Positions 20,446 to 29,308 of a DNA stretch of 64,000 bases are shown here, in pieces. A program made the position numbers and the translations under genes. Position 1 is the stretch's first letter, and the number at the start of each line of letters is the position of its first letter. The notes beneath the pieces were generated by a model that saw only the letters and a list, made by a program, of their open reading frames with translations, made no database searches and was not told where the DNA came from. This DNA comes from an uncultured Acidimicrobiales bacterium (lineage in GTDB: Bacteria; Actinomycetota; Acidimicrobiia; Acidimicrobiales; UBA10347): positions 60,265 through 124,264 of the forward strand of contig CALSSD010000002.1 in the NCBI GenBank assembly GCA_943788915.1, read 5' to 3'.

Positions 20446-21992
20446 CAGACTTGGCGCTCAGTAAATTCTTCGAACTCGGCAATATCGGCGTCGGTCCAGA
20501 AGCCAGCAATCGGAACTTGGACGCCAGCGGCATAGGCGGCGAGTCGTTGCGACACCGCAGCATCGTCGAACATCTCGATCGCATCAAACACGCTGTGGGG
20601 GCCGATCGCCCGCAGCGCCTTGTCGCCCTCGCTGCCGTTCGACGGAAGACTCGACGTGAGAACCAACACCCGACTTCGGTTCTGTGAGTCTTCGCGGGCC
20701 TTGAGCACATGCACTCGGCCAAGAAGTTTCCACATAGTGTCGGTGCGCCGAAGCCCTGGACGCACGGTCGTAAACGCGCCAGAAACGTCGACGTAGTATT
20801 GGCGGCCTTCCTTGTCAGCCACCAGGAAGCTGAACTGCAAACCCAGCTTGGGGATCTTGGCCTTCTCTTTGACAATCTCGAATCCGGCACTGCGTAATAC
20901 TTGCTCGGCGAGATCGGCCGCCTTTTTACCCACGCTTGTGGCACGAGCCTGGAAGTGTTCGAGGCGATCCTGACCGTCGTCGGGCAACTCGATAGCGAGT
21001 TGACCCTTCTGGGCAGCGTCGTAGGACGGCACCTTGGGACGTTGCTTCTCGGCTTCAAGCCGGGCAATCGCTATGTCGGCATATTCGCGATCGAGTTCGA
21101 AACCCATACCCCGGCGACCAGTACGTTCCGCAGCGAGCAATGTGGTGCCGCTGCCAAGGAACGGATCGATCACGATGTCATCGCGGTAGGTGTAAAGGTC
21201 GATTAACCGACGCGGCAATTCAATTGGGAACGGCGCAGGATGCTGGACTCGGCGAGCCGACTCGGGTGCGATCTTCCACACATCAAGCGTGGCTTCCATG
21301 AAGTCATCGGCACTGAGGGTGCTCTCGTGGGGCAGTCCCTTTTCAGCGCGACCTTTGGGCATCGCCCGATCGAAACGACCCTTGCTGACAACAATGACCC
21401 GTTCGGTGAGATCGCGAAGCACCGGGTTTGTGGCCTTGCGATACGAACCCCAGGCGACCGACCCGGTGGCACCCTCGGCCTTCTGCCAAATAATCTCGCC
21501 CCGCAACAGCATGCCGAGGTCGTCCTGCAGAATGCGGATGATGTCGGCCGACAGGCTTCGATATGGCTTGCGTCCCAGGTTGGCCACATTGATCGCCATA
21601 CGACCCCCCGGCTCCAGAACCCGGAGGCAGCTGGCAAACACATCGTGCAGCATCTGGAGATACTCCAGATACGTGGTTGGTATGGCATTTCCGTCGCGAC
21701 GGGTATTGGGATCACCGGCAACCGCTAATTCGTACTCTTTGCCGACGAAGTACGGCGGTGATGTGACCACCAGCGCAACGCTGTTTTCAGGCAATACCTC
21801 GTGGATCTTACGGCTATCCATGACCCGTACCGGCTCGGCTAGAACCGAATCAGGAACGGGCGTGACCTCGTTGTCGTCGCTAATCGTTGGCGGCGAGAAC
21901 CGGGCATAAAACGCTGAGCTGTCATGGCTCTCGCGCGCTCCAGCACCGAACGAAGCGGTTGCCGTACCCCGGCGCGGTTTGTCTTGACTCAT
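20445..21992 (-). CDS. Site-specific DNA methyltransferase, beta-class N4/N6 family, with an extra C-terminal domain of about 185 aa
   Basis: Motif IV 'VVTSPPYFVGKEY' lies near the N-terminus. Motif I 'VIDPFLGSGTTLLAAERTGRRGMGFELD' lies near residue 300 (the beta-class order). About 185 further residues follow. Confidence 0.9.
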   Translation of the reverse strand: MSQDKPRRGTATASFGAGARESHDSSAFYARFSPPTISDDNEVTPVPDSVLAEPVRVMDSRKIHEVLPENSVALVVTSPPYFVGKEYELAVAGDPNTRRDGNAIPTTYLEYLQMLHDVFASCLRVLEPGGRMAINVANLGRKPYRSLSADIIRILQDDLGMLLRGEIIWQKAEGATGSVAWGSYRKATNPVLRDLTERVIVVSKGRFDRAMPKGRAEKGLPHESTLSADDFMEATLDVWKIAPESARRVQHPAPFPIELPRRLIDLYTYRDDIVIDPFLGSGTTLLAAERTGRRGMGFELDREYADIAIARLEAEKQRPKVPSYDAAQKGQLAIELPDDGQDRLEHFQARATSVGKKAADLAEQVLRSAGFEIVKEKAKIPKLGLQFSFLVADKEGRQYYVDVSGAFTTVRPGLRRTDTMWKLLGRVHVLKAREDSQNRSRVLVLTSSLPSNGSEGDKALRAIGPHSVFDAIEMFDDAAVSQRLAAYAAGVQVPIAGFWTDADIAEFEEFTERQV

Positions 21993-22106
21993 GACCGTGG
22001 TGGCCTCCTGCTATGACTCTAAGCGGACCATACGCCTGGGGTGCGACAATCTCGCCGGGGTTACGCCCTAGGCGTTAGCACGCAGCACGTTCACTAGAGT
22101 GAGCGC

Positions 22107-23156
22107 GTGGCGTTTCATGAGATTCCAATCGTTGATGTGAGCGAACTGCGTCGGCCCAACGGCCCCAGCGCAGAGTTCTGTGCCGAGTTCACCAACATCT
22201 GCCACAACGTGGGATTCGCTCTGGTCACCAACCACGGCATCCACACCGAGCTGACTGCCGATGTGTTCGAGATGATGCGCCAATTCTTCGACCTGCCGCT
22301 TGCCGACAAGCAGCGAATCGATAAGACACAGTCGGCTCAGTTTCGAGGCTGGGAACCGGTCGGCGCCGAGACGACCAACAATGCGGCCGACATGCGCGAG
22401 CAGATCGATGTGTGGACCGAATGGCCGACCACCTCGGCGATCGACCCCGTCTACAACCGACTTCTCGGCCCGAACCAATGGCTGCCAGACAGCGTCCTCG
22501 ATCAACACCGCAACCTGTCATTGCACTGGATCGAGGCACTCGCCGGACTCGCCGATCAACTCATGGCGGCGTTAGCGGTCGGCCTCGGCCTGGAAACAAA
22601 CCATCTGCGCGACCTGTTCGGCGACCAGCCAATGTCGCTGGCCAAGTTCATCCATTACCCGCCAACGCCCGCTGGCGGCGCCGGTGTGAATCCGCACCAC
22701 GATGCTGGTTTCTTGACAGTGCTCGCACCTGGCCCCACTCCGGGCCTGCAGGTCCAGAACCCTGATGGCGAGTGGATCGATGTGCCGATCATTCCTGACA
22801 CGTTCGTGATCAACCTGGGCGAGATCCTGCAGTCGATGACCGGCAACTATCTGGTGGCCACCCCCCACCGGGTCATCACCAACGATGAGCGTTACTCGGC
22901 CGGCTACTTCCATGGTCCATCGTTGACCACACCACTCACCCGGCTGCCGCTCGATGCCCGCTACGCCGCCGCGGTCGAAGCCAGCCCCCATCACCACGAT
23001 GCCGGTTTCATGCCCACCCCGGAAGAAGCCCGCAACGGCACCGGGGCGATGGCAAGTGAACATCGACCCGAGACGTACGGCGAACAGCTGTGGAACTACT
23101 TCAGCCGTTCTTACAGCGCCCAGATGACCGCCCATCACAGCGATGTCCTTGCGTAG
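22107..23156 (+). CDS. 2-oxoglutarate/Fe(II)-dependent oxygenase (isopenicillin N synthase family)
   Basis: 'IPIVDVS...GFALVTNHGI' N-terminal DIOX_N region. 'HHDAGFLTVL...' and 'ATPHRV' fit the HxD...H...RxS facial-triad pattern. Confidence 0.85.
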   Translation: MAFHEIPIVDVSELRRPNGPSAEFCAEFTNICHNVGFALVTNHGIHTELTADVFEMMRQFFDLPLADKQRIDKTQSAQFRGWEPVGAETTNNAADMREQIDVWTEWPTTSAIDPVYNRLLGPNQWLPDSVLDQHRNLSLHWIEALAGLADQLMAALAVGLGLETNHLRDLFGDQPMSLAKFIHYPPTPAGGAGVNPHHDAGFLTVLAPGPTPGLQVQNPDGEWIDVPIIPDTFVINLGEILQSMTGNYLVATPHRVITNDERYSAGYFHGPSLTTPLTRLPLDARYAAAVEASPHHHDAGFMPTPEEARNGTGAMASEHRPETYGEQLWNYFSRSYSAQMTAHHSDVLA

Positions 23157-23202
23157 GCCACTCGACGTGCCAGCTCTTGGACGGAGCGCCTAACCTAGGG
23201 CC

Positions 23203-23610
23203 ATGACCGAGTACCAAGTTGACGACGCCGAACTTCGCGAACGACTGACCCCAGAGCAATACGTGGTCACCCAGCAGGCAGGCACCGAACGTGCGTTCAC
23301 CGGCAAGTACTGGGACACCACCGACGACGGCGTGTACCACTGCGTTGTCTGCGACGAGCCACTGTTCATCAGTGACACCAAGTACGACGCTGGCTGCGGC
23401 TGGCCGAGCTTCTATCAAGCGATCGACGAAGACAAGATCACCCGCAAGGTCGACATGACCATGGGTATGCAACGCATCGAAACCGATTGCGCAAAGTGTG
23501 GTGCCCATCTGGGCCATGTATTCCCCGACGGCCCACAGCCCACCGGCGAGCGTTTCTGCATGAACTCTGCGTCGCTGAATCTCGAAGCTGGCGGGCCAAC
23601 CGCCGATTAG
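23203..23610 (+). CDS. msrB: Peptide-methionine (R)-S-oxide reductase
   Basis: 135 aa with '[11 protein letters not shown]', '[11 protein letters not shown]', 'CGWPSF', '[12 protein letters not shown]' and 'RFCMNS'. Confidence 0.95.
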   Translation: MTEYQVDDAELRERLTPEQYVVTQQAGTERAFTGKYWDTTDDGVYHCVVCDEPLFISDTKYDAGCGWPSFYQAIDEDKITRKVDMTMGMQRIETDCAKCGAHLGHVFPDGPQPTGERFCMNSASLNLEAGGPTAD

Positions 23611-23618
23611 CTGACTGG

Positions 23619-24368
23619 CTAGCGGACGTGGGTAGCGCCATTGATCTCCACGGTTGATCCGGTGATATGTCGAGCAAGGCCCGAGGCCAAGAAGGCGACG
23701 GTGTTCGCAACTTCCTCGGGCGGCACGGCTTCGCCCAGAGGGAAACCATCGAGTGCATCCGGGTTGGCCGCGAAGAAATCGGTAGCCATATCGGTAGACA
23801 CCCAACCCGGGTTGACGGTGTGTGCGATCACGCCATCCTTGCCGTAGCCCCGAGCGATCGACCGACTCAGAGACACCACCGCACCCTTGGATGCGGCGTA
23901 GTGCATCATGTTCGGCTCGTCGCCGCGGAAGGCAGCACGGCTGGCGATGTTGATAATCGTGCCTCCGCCGTTTGGCACAAAGTGAGAGATCGCTTTGCGA
24001 CAGATGTCAGCAAGCGAGAACAGATTCACCTGCATCGTCGTTTGCCATGCGTCAGCCCACTCCTGGTCGGTCGCGTCGATATCTGCCGTTGGAGCAATAC
24101 CGGCGTTGTTCACCACCACGTCGATAGAACCGACCTGGTCGATGGCCTTGTCAAACAGTTCCGACGCTGCGCCTGGTTGCGCCAGATCCACCTGAAGCAC
24201 AACCGGGTCATTAGTGCAGGATGCAGCCACTTCCTGCGCCTTGGCCGCGCTGCTGCTGTACGTCAGGACAACTCGGGCACCAGCGTGATCAAGCGCGAGT
24301 GCCGTCGCCGCACCTATACCTCGAGACGCGCCGGTTACCAGAATGGTCTTGCCACTGAGATCGATCAT
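23619..24368 (-). CDS. SDR family oxidoreductase (FabG-like)
   Basis: 'TGASRGIGAA' cofactor motif, 'NNAG', and catalytic 'YAASKGAV'. Confidence 0.9.
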   Translation of the reverse strand: MIDLSGKTILVTGASRGIGAATALALDHAGARVVLTYSSSAAKAQEVAASCTNDPVVLQVDLAQPGAASELFDKAIDQVGSIDVVVNNAGIAPTADIDATDQEWADAWQTTMQVNLFSLADICRKAISHFVPNGGGTIINIASRAAFRGDEPNMMHYAASKGAVVSLSRSIARGYGKDGVIAHTVNPGWVSTDMATDFFAANPDALDGFPLGEAVPPEEVANTVAFLASGLARHITGSTVEINGATHVR

Positions 24369-24381
24369 TTACTGACTGTAC

Positions 24382-25200
24382 TCAGCTGCCCCCGTCGGCA
24401 TTGAGTGCATCGACGACCTGGTCAAGCGTGACATCGGTCGCGCCTTTGAAACCCGCCATCCGGCTATAGATCTCGTCGGCTGCAACGGCGAACCCTGCCG
24501 GCAACCCTGCCTCTTCGAACGACGACGCGATCTGCGCCATCTCCCCGGTGAACCGCCACGCCTTCGGCGAATTACCTTTCGCCACTCGGTCAGATCGTTC
24601 GACTGCACCTGGTTGCGACAGGTTCCATTCTTCGACAAGTGCGTCGTCGACACCCTCGGCCCTGGCCAGAGCTCGAATCGCCAGGTTCATCGCTGAGCCG
24701 ATCTTGGTCCAGCTTGCATAGGCCATCTTCAACGCAGATGCAGCACCTGGATCGGTGCCGATCACCCGGGCATCAAGCGCACTGTCGTGATACCAGCCTG
24801 CGACTTCAGAAGCCCGCAGGCCACTCAGGTACATACGCGTGGTGCCAGGATTGTGAGCCGGTGGACCGATCAATGAGCCGTCGACGAAATCGTCGAACAT
24901 CTCGCCGATCTGGCGTGCCGTAGACGAACTGATGGCGTTTGCATCGACATAGAGCCCGGAGAAGCCGGTCGCCGCGACCTGGGTGGCAAGTTCGACCGCT
25001 GCGTTCGGTGGACAGATGGACACGATCGCATCTGCGGTAGTCGCGAGTTCAGCGAGCGACGCGACTTCTGCCATGCCGTGCGACTCGGCCCGGCTACGGG
25101 TTTCGTTGCTTCGCCCGGCGCTGACCCACAACGTGGCAGCCGAACAGTTCGCAGCCAGCGTTTCGCCCATCAGGCCCGGATGAAGAAAACCAACGTTCAT
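24382..25200 (-). CDS. NAD(P)-binding oxidoreductase (6PGDH-type N-terminal domain plus DUF1932-like C-terminal domain)
   Basis: 'VGFLHPGLMGETLA' Rossmann start. C-terminal 'ASALKMAYASWTKIGSAM'. Confidence 0.7.
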   Translation of the reverse strand: MNVGFLHPGLMGETLAANCSAATLWVSAGRSNETRSRAESHGMAEVASLAELATTADAIVSICPPNAAVELATQVAATGFSGLYVDANAISSSTARQIGEMFDDFVDGSLIGPPAHNPGTTRMYLSGLRASEVAGWYHDSALDARVIGTDPGAASALKMAYASWTKIGSAMNLAIRALARAEGVDDALVEEWNLSQPGAVERSDRVAKGNSPKAWRFTGEMAQIASSFEEAGLPAGFAVAADEIYSRMAGFKGATDVTLDQVVDALNADGGS

Positions 25201-25257
25201 ATGACCAGGGTGTCAGATCCCCGTTCATACACCCGAATCCCGCAGTGTCCTTGCCGA

Positions 25258-25827
25258 CTACTCGTAGTCGGGTACAGCCGATCTCACGAGGGCAAAGAAT
25301 GCAGCTCGTTCATCGCTCGCACCGAGCAGCGCTGCAACATCTCGATCAAGTTGGCGAAGATCGACTGCTTTGACTCCGACCATCGCAGCAATATCGATCG
25401 CGTCCTTTGGACGTCCGAAGAAGGCCTTGAAGACAGCCAGGTCTGTACATGCAAGGACCGGGAGGTCTTCGACGTCGGCAAACGGTACGAACCGCAGGTT
25501 TTCTCTCACATTGTCGTGAAACGAATGGTTGGACAGGAAGATGTCGACGGGTGTGTCGTCCCACCACAGCCTGCTTTGGCCATCTCGTACCAACTCGCTC
25601 CGATTCTTTTCGCTCACTTCAATCCCGACAGCCAGGCCGGGAACCATGTGGTCGACTTCGTCAGGCGACACGAATATGTTGATGTCGATATCGCGCGTAG
25701 CTCGGGGCTCCTGTGTGCAGTACGCCAGCGCGAGTGCACCTCCGAACGCGTGCGCCAAGCCCGCTTCCTTGAGAGATCGATGGAGCACGACGATCTTGTC
25801 GGCAAGCGATGTTGGCACGTCGCTCAC
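25258..25827 (-). CDS. Minimal nucleotidyltransferase-fold protein (pol-beta superfamily), putative toxin/effector of a two-gene module
   Basis: 'FGGALALAYCTQEPRATRDIDINIF' fits the G[GS]-x(n)-DxD NTase signature. 4-nt overlap with the upstream HTH gene. Confidence 0.6.
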   Translation of the reverse strand: MSDVPTSLADKIVVLHRSLKEAGLAHAFGGALALAYCTQEPRATRDIDINIFVSPDEVDHMVPGLAVGIEVSEKNRSELVRDGQSRLWWDDTPVDIFLSNHSFHDNVRENLRFVPFADVEDLPVLACTDLAVFKAFFGRPKDAIDIAAMVGVKAVDLRQLDRDVAALLGASDERAAFFALVRSAVPDYE

Positions 25828-26141
25828 CTGGCGAGTTTCGCAAAGATAGGGGCATCAAGTTCACCCGGTCGGCGCGACGGAAGATGTTCGGACAGATCCA
25901 GCACCTGCAACAGAATGTCGCCGCTAACAGAGGCATCCAACTCAGCGTCGGTCCAAGCATCGACCACCAGTGTTGCGCCTGTGGCCCGGAGGATCCGGGC
26001 CAACGTATCGACTCGAGGAACTCGCTGTCCGGTCTCGTAGAGGCAAATCGCAGCGGCAGACGTGGCCGCCCGTTTCGCAAGTTCCCTTTGTGAGAATCCA
26101 GAGCGAGTCCGATGGATCCGGATCAACGTTGCACAGTCCAT
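25824..26141 (-). CDS. XRE-family helix-turn-helix protein
   Basis: 'IRIHRTRSGFSQRELAKRAATSAAAICLYETGQRVPRVDTLARIL' is a classic HTH_3/XRE pattern. Confidence 0.8.
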   Translation of the reverse strand: MDCATLIRIHRTRSGFSQRELAKRAATSAAAICLYETGQRVPRVDTLARILRATGATLVVDAWTDAELDASVSGDILLQVLDLSEHLPSRRPGELDAPIFAKLAR

Positions 26142-26208
26142 GAACGGACACTAGCAGAGTGTTATCGCATTCGATAACAGGTCTCCCGTGTGACAGCATC
26201 TCGCCTTA

Positions 26209-27762
26209 TTACTGGAAACGATTCATGATGTTGGCGGTGACCTGACCAACAAGACGGTCGTCGGCCAGACCGAACACCCAATCCGTGCTGCCGAAGGTCA
26301 CAACCTCTCCCCCAGCGGGCCCGTGGGGTTTACACACGACCATTACCGCGTTGCCGTGGCGCACCTTGGCCAGATTCTCGGGGCTCGTATCGCCATAGAA
26401 ACGTTCAGCCAGAAACTCGAGGTCGCCCTGGTCGTTGAGGGCCGAAATCGACTTCGGATACTCGCCGATACCAAGATTGCTCGACAAGGCGAGTCCCACG
26501 ATCTCATGATCGGACGGCATGCCGTCGACGGAGCGAACCACCGGCAACTGGTACTCATCCAGCTGGATCGGGCAGCCGAGCGTCTCGTAGCCGACCACAC
26601 CGTGGTCGCCGCCGAGCAGATCGCCATAACGAAGGCCAGTGCCTTCGAACAGCCAATGGTCATAACGAAACACGGTGAAGCCGCCTGTGCCACGGGGCGT
26701 GGCCTGGCCGAAGCGGTGATACAAACCGAACACGCTGCCAGCACCCAGCGTGGTCCACTCAGGACGGCCGACCAGAGGATCACACCACAAACCAGACATT
26801 TCTGCGCTGGCATCGGTTGCTGCCACCGGATCAGCAGTGTGGCCGCCGTACTTGTGGCCGATCATGTGGTCGAGACCTGGTTCGCCCCCGTCGTCCACCA
26901 GTCGCACCTGCCAGAACATCGTGTTCCCGGATAGCGAGACGTAGTTGCCGCCACCAGCGATGTGTGCATCGACCTGGTCGCGTGCGCTTCTGGTCCAGTA
27001 CTCGTCGTGGCCAACACCAAATACGACCTCGTAGCCGGCCAACAGATCCGGCACGGCATCGAAGTCCGATGACACCGCATAGTCGAACTCGTAGCCCGCT
27101 GATTCGGCCCACTCGACGAACCGTCGTTCGTGCGTGAACCAGCCAGTGGAGCCGATTGCTGGCGAATACCCGTGGGTTAGACGATATTCCTGGAAGATCT
27201 CGCCGTCGGCATCGGGTTCTTCACCAAATCGCACCGGCCGGGCCTTGCGGTCATCACGGTCGACCCGAGGACGATCGAGCAAGCCGCGTGGCCATGGACG
27301 CCGGAAAGACACCTGATGACCGCCGGTATAGAGGCTCGCGCCACCCCAGGTGTTGTAAGCATTCCAGGTGTTCGTTCCCAGAACAAGAAGTGCTCGTCCT
27401 CGTTCACTTGCCGGAGCGTGGACCACAAAACCTGCATGAGTAACGTTTCGGCCATCGGCCGCTCCGTGTGCTGTGAGCGTCATCAGGTAGAAACCGCTGC
27501 GCCAAGACGGATCGATCTCAAGTTCGAACGAAACTGGCCAGTGACAACCATCCGAATCGGCGTCGGCGGGCGCTTCATGGAACGTCCCTGATCGACCAGT
27601 TTCCTCGTGAACCGTTTCCCGTTCAGCACCCCACCGTTCGACACGAACATCGAAGCCGGTGCAATTGGTAGAGACATGAACGCCAAGGCGTGCGCCCGAA
27701 GCCACGCTCAGCTCCGAACAATACGCCTCGATCTCATCAAAAAATGTAACCTCGTCAGCCAT
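26209..27762 (-). CDS. N,N-dimethylformamidase large-subunit-like family protein
   Basis: 'LLVLGTNTWNAYNTWGGASLYTG' and 'GHDEYWT' are characteristic of this family. Start trimmed to MADEVTFF (27762). Confidence 0.65.
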   Translation of the reverse strand: MADEVTFFDEIEAYCSELSVASGARLGVHVSTNCTGFDVRVERWGAERETVHEETGRSGTFHEAPADADSDGCHWPVSFELEIDPSWRSGFYLMTLTAHGAADGRNVTHAGFVVHAPASERGRALLVLGTNTWNAYNTWGGASLYTGGHQVSFRRPWPRGLLDRPRVDRDDRKARPVRFGEEPDADGEIFQEYRLTHGYSPAIGSTGWFTHERRFVEWAESAGYEFDYAVSSDFDAVPDLLAGYEVVFGVGHDEYWTRSARDQVDAHIAGGGNYVSLSGNTMFWQVRLVDDGGEPGLDHMIGHKYGGHTADPVAATDASAEMSGLWCDPLVGRPEWTTLGAGSVFGLYHRFGQATPRGTGGFTVFRYDHWLFEGTGLRYGDLLGGDHGVVGYETLGCPIQLDEYQLPVVRSVDGMPSDHEIVGLALSSNLGIGEYPKSISALNDQGDLEFLAERFYGDTSPENLAKVRHGNAVMVVCKPHGPAGGEVVTFGSTDWVFGLADDRLVGQVTANIMNRFQ

Positions 27763-29308
27763 GTGACGCCTCCTCCTCGACGGTGATGGTGACACCGCGC
27801 CTAGCTATCGAACCCAGTAACGACGACCGACCATTGGCAGTAAACGTCTCGACCGTTGCGTCCTGACCAGCAGCGACATGGGCCACGACGGTGAGCGCAT
27901 CCTCGGTGGAATCGATCGACACAGAAGTCACGATCGAGCTCCGGGTACGATCTAGCGCAATCGCAATCCGCAACATTCCCGCCAACCACCGGACACGATT
28001 CTGATCCGCTTTGGCCAGTGCCATAAACCGGTTATGGGACTTCTTGGGAGCGCTGCGCCGGTGATAGCGGGCGACCTGGGCCACGACTGCGATTTCACGT
28101 TCGGTGTACCCGGTCAGTCGGTCGCTGTTTCGAATGATGTATTCGCTGTGCTGGTGATGTGCAGCGTGTGACACGAACAAGCCAACGTTGTGCAGCAGGC
28201 CCGCCGCCTCGAGTAACTCGCGATCAGCTGGCGCCAAGCCGTGAAGATCAGAAAGTTGATCGAACAGATCCAATGCCAACTTTGTGGCATGAAGCACGTG
28301 GGGCTGATCCTCTTCGAAGTCTTCGACCATACGCATGAGCGAATCACGGCGCAGATCAGATAGCCGCAAACTACCCGTCTCGATGCCGAGCGTGCGATCC
28401 AACAAGACGCCTTCACGCAACGCGAACGGGCTGGTGATCATGCGATCGATCTCAAAGGCCCGGAAGATCTCATCGAGCAAGATTGCACCGCCAACGATCA
28501 CGTCGGCTCGTTTGACGGCCAGTCCTGCGACCTCGTCAGCCCGTTCCTCGGGGGTTGACCACTGCACCAGTTCGTCGATCAGCGCATCGAGCCCATCATC
28601 GGTGATCACGGTGTCGAGACCAGCACCGACGGACTCGCCGTGGGAGCGGAGTCTGATCATGTCACCCAGCGCTTCAGCTGTTCCTGATGACCCAATCGCG
28701 GTCTGGTACCCCAACCGCTTCAACGCGTTCACGGCCGGGACGATGAACGAACGGGCGTAGACCCGGCACGCCGCTACCGACTCGGCCGTAATCACACCAC
28801 CAGGAAAGAATCGATTGGTAAGCCGGAGATGGCCGATCCGCAGGCTGCGAGCACCCAGGCTTCGGCCAGACTTACCAATCAGAAACTCGGTGCTGCCGCC
28901 TCCGATATCGACCAGCAGCAACTGCTGATCAAACACTGGCAACGCTTGCAGAACACCCAGGTGTATGAGTCGGGCCTCTTCAGGCCCTGAGATCACATCG
29001 ACGGTCACGCCAGCCTGCGCCGCCAATTCGACGAAGACATGGCCATTGTCTGATTCACGAACCGCGCTGGTGGCAACTGCATAGATGGTTGCGTCAAAGC
29101 TGTCGGCGATTGCTGCAAATCGTCGCAGCGCAGCAACACCTCGGCTGATGGCGTCCTCGCTCAGCAGTCGGATATCACCCGGTCCGTCGCCAAGGCGCAC
29201 CGTCTCCTTGTCGGTGGTAAGGACTGTGAACTCGCCGTCTTGACCAACCTCGGCGACGAGCAGGTGAACGGAGTTCGTGCCGATGTCGATGGCGGCATGG
29301 TTGGTCAT
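27755..29308 (-). CDS. Ppx/GppA-family phosphatase with a C-terminal HD domain
   Basis: 'AAIDIGTNSVHLLVAEV' and 'LLLVDIGGGSTEF' ASKHA motifs. 'LLHNVGLFVSHAAHHQHSEYII' is the HD region. The start at 29308 makes an ATGA overlap with the cinA stop. Confidence 0.85.
   Translation of the reverse strand: MTNHAAIDIGTNSVHLLVAEVGQDGEFTVLTTDKETVRLGDGPGDIRLLSEDAISRGVAALRRFAAIADSFDATIYAVATSAVRESDNGHVFVELAAQAGVTVDVISGPEEARLIHLGVLQALPVFDQQLLLVDIGGGSTEFLIGKSGRSLGARSLRIGHLRLTNRFFPGGVITAESVAACRVYARSFIVPAVNALKRLGYQTAIGSSGTAEALGDMIRLRSHGESVGAGLDTVITDDGLDALIDELVQWSTPEERADEVAGLAVKRADVIVGGAILLDEIFRAFEIDRMITSPFALREGVLLDRTLGIETGSLRLSDLRRDSLMRMVEDFEEDQPHVLHATKLALDLFDQLSDLHGLAPADRELLEAAGLLHNVGLFVSHAAHHQHSEYIIRNSDRLTGYTEREIAVVAQVARYHRRSAPKKSHNRFMALAKADQNRVRWLAGMLRIAIALDRTRSSIVTSVSIDSTEDALTVVAHVAAGQDATVETFTANGRSSLLGSIARRGVTITVEEEASHG

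Noticed and set aside
19003-22106. Mobile-element or genomic-island borders around the methyltransferase operon.
   Set aside because: There is no integrase, transposase, tRNA or flanking direct or inverted repeat. I could see no striking compositional shift by eye. Island status cannot be claimed without a computed GC or k-mer profile and comparative genomics.
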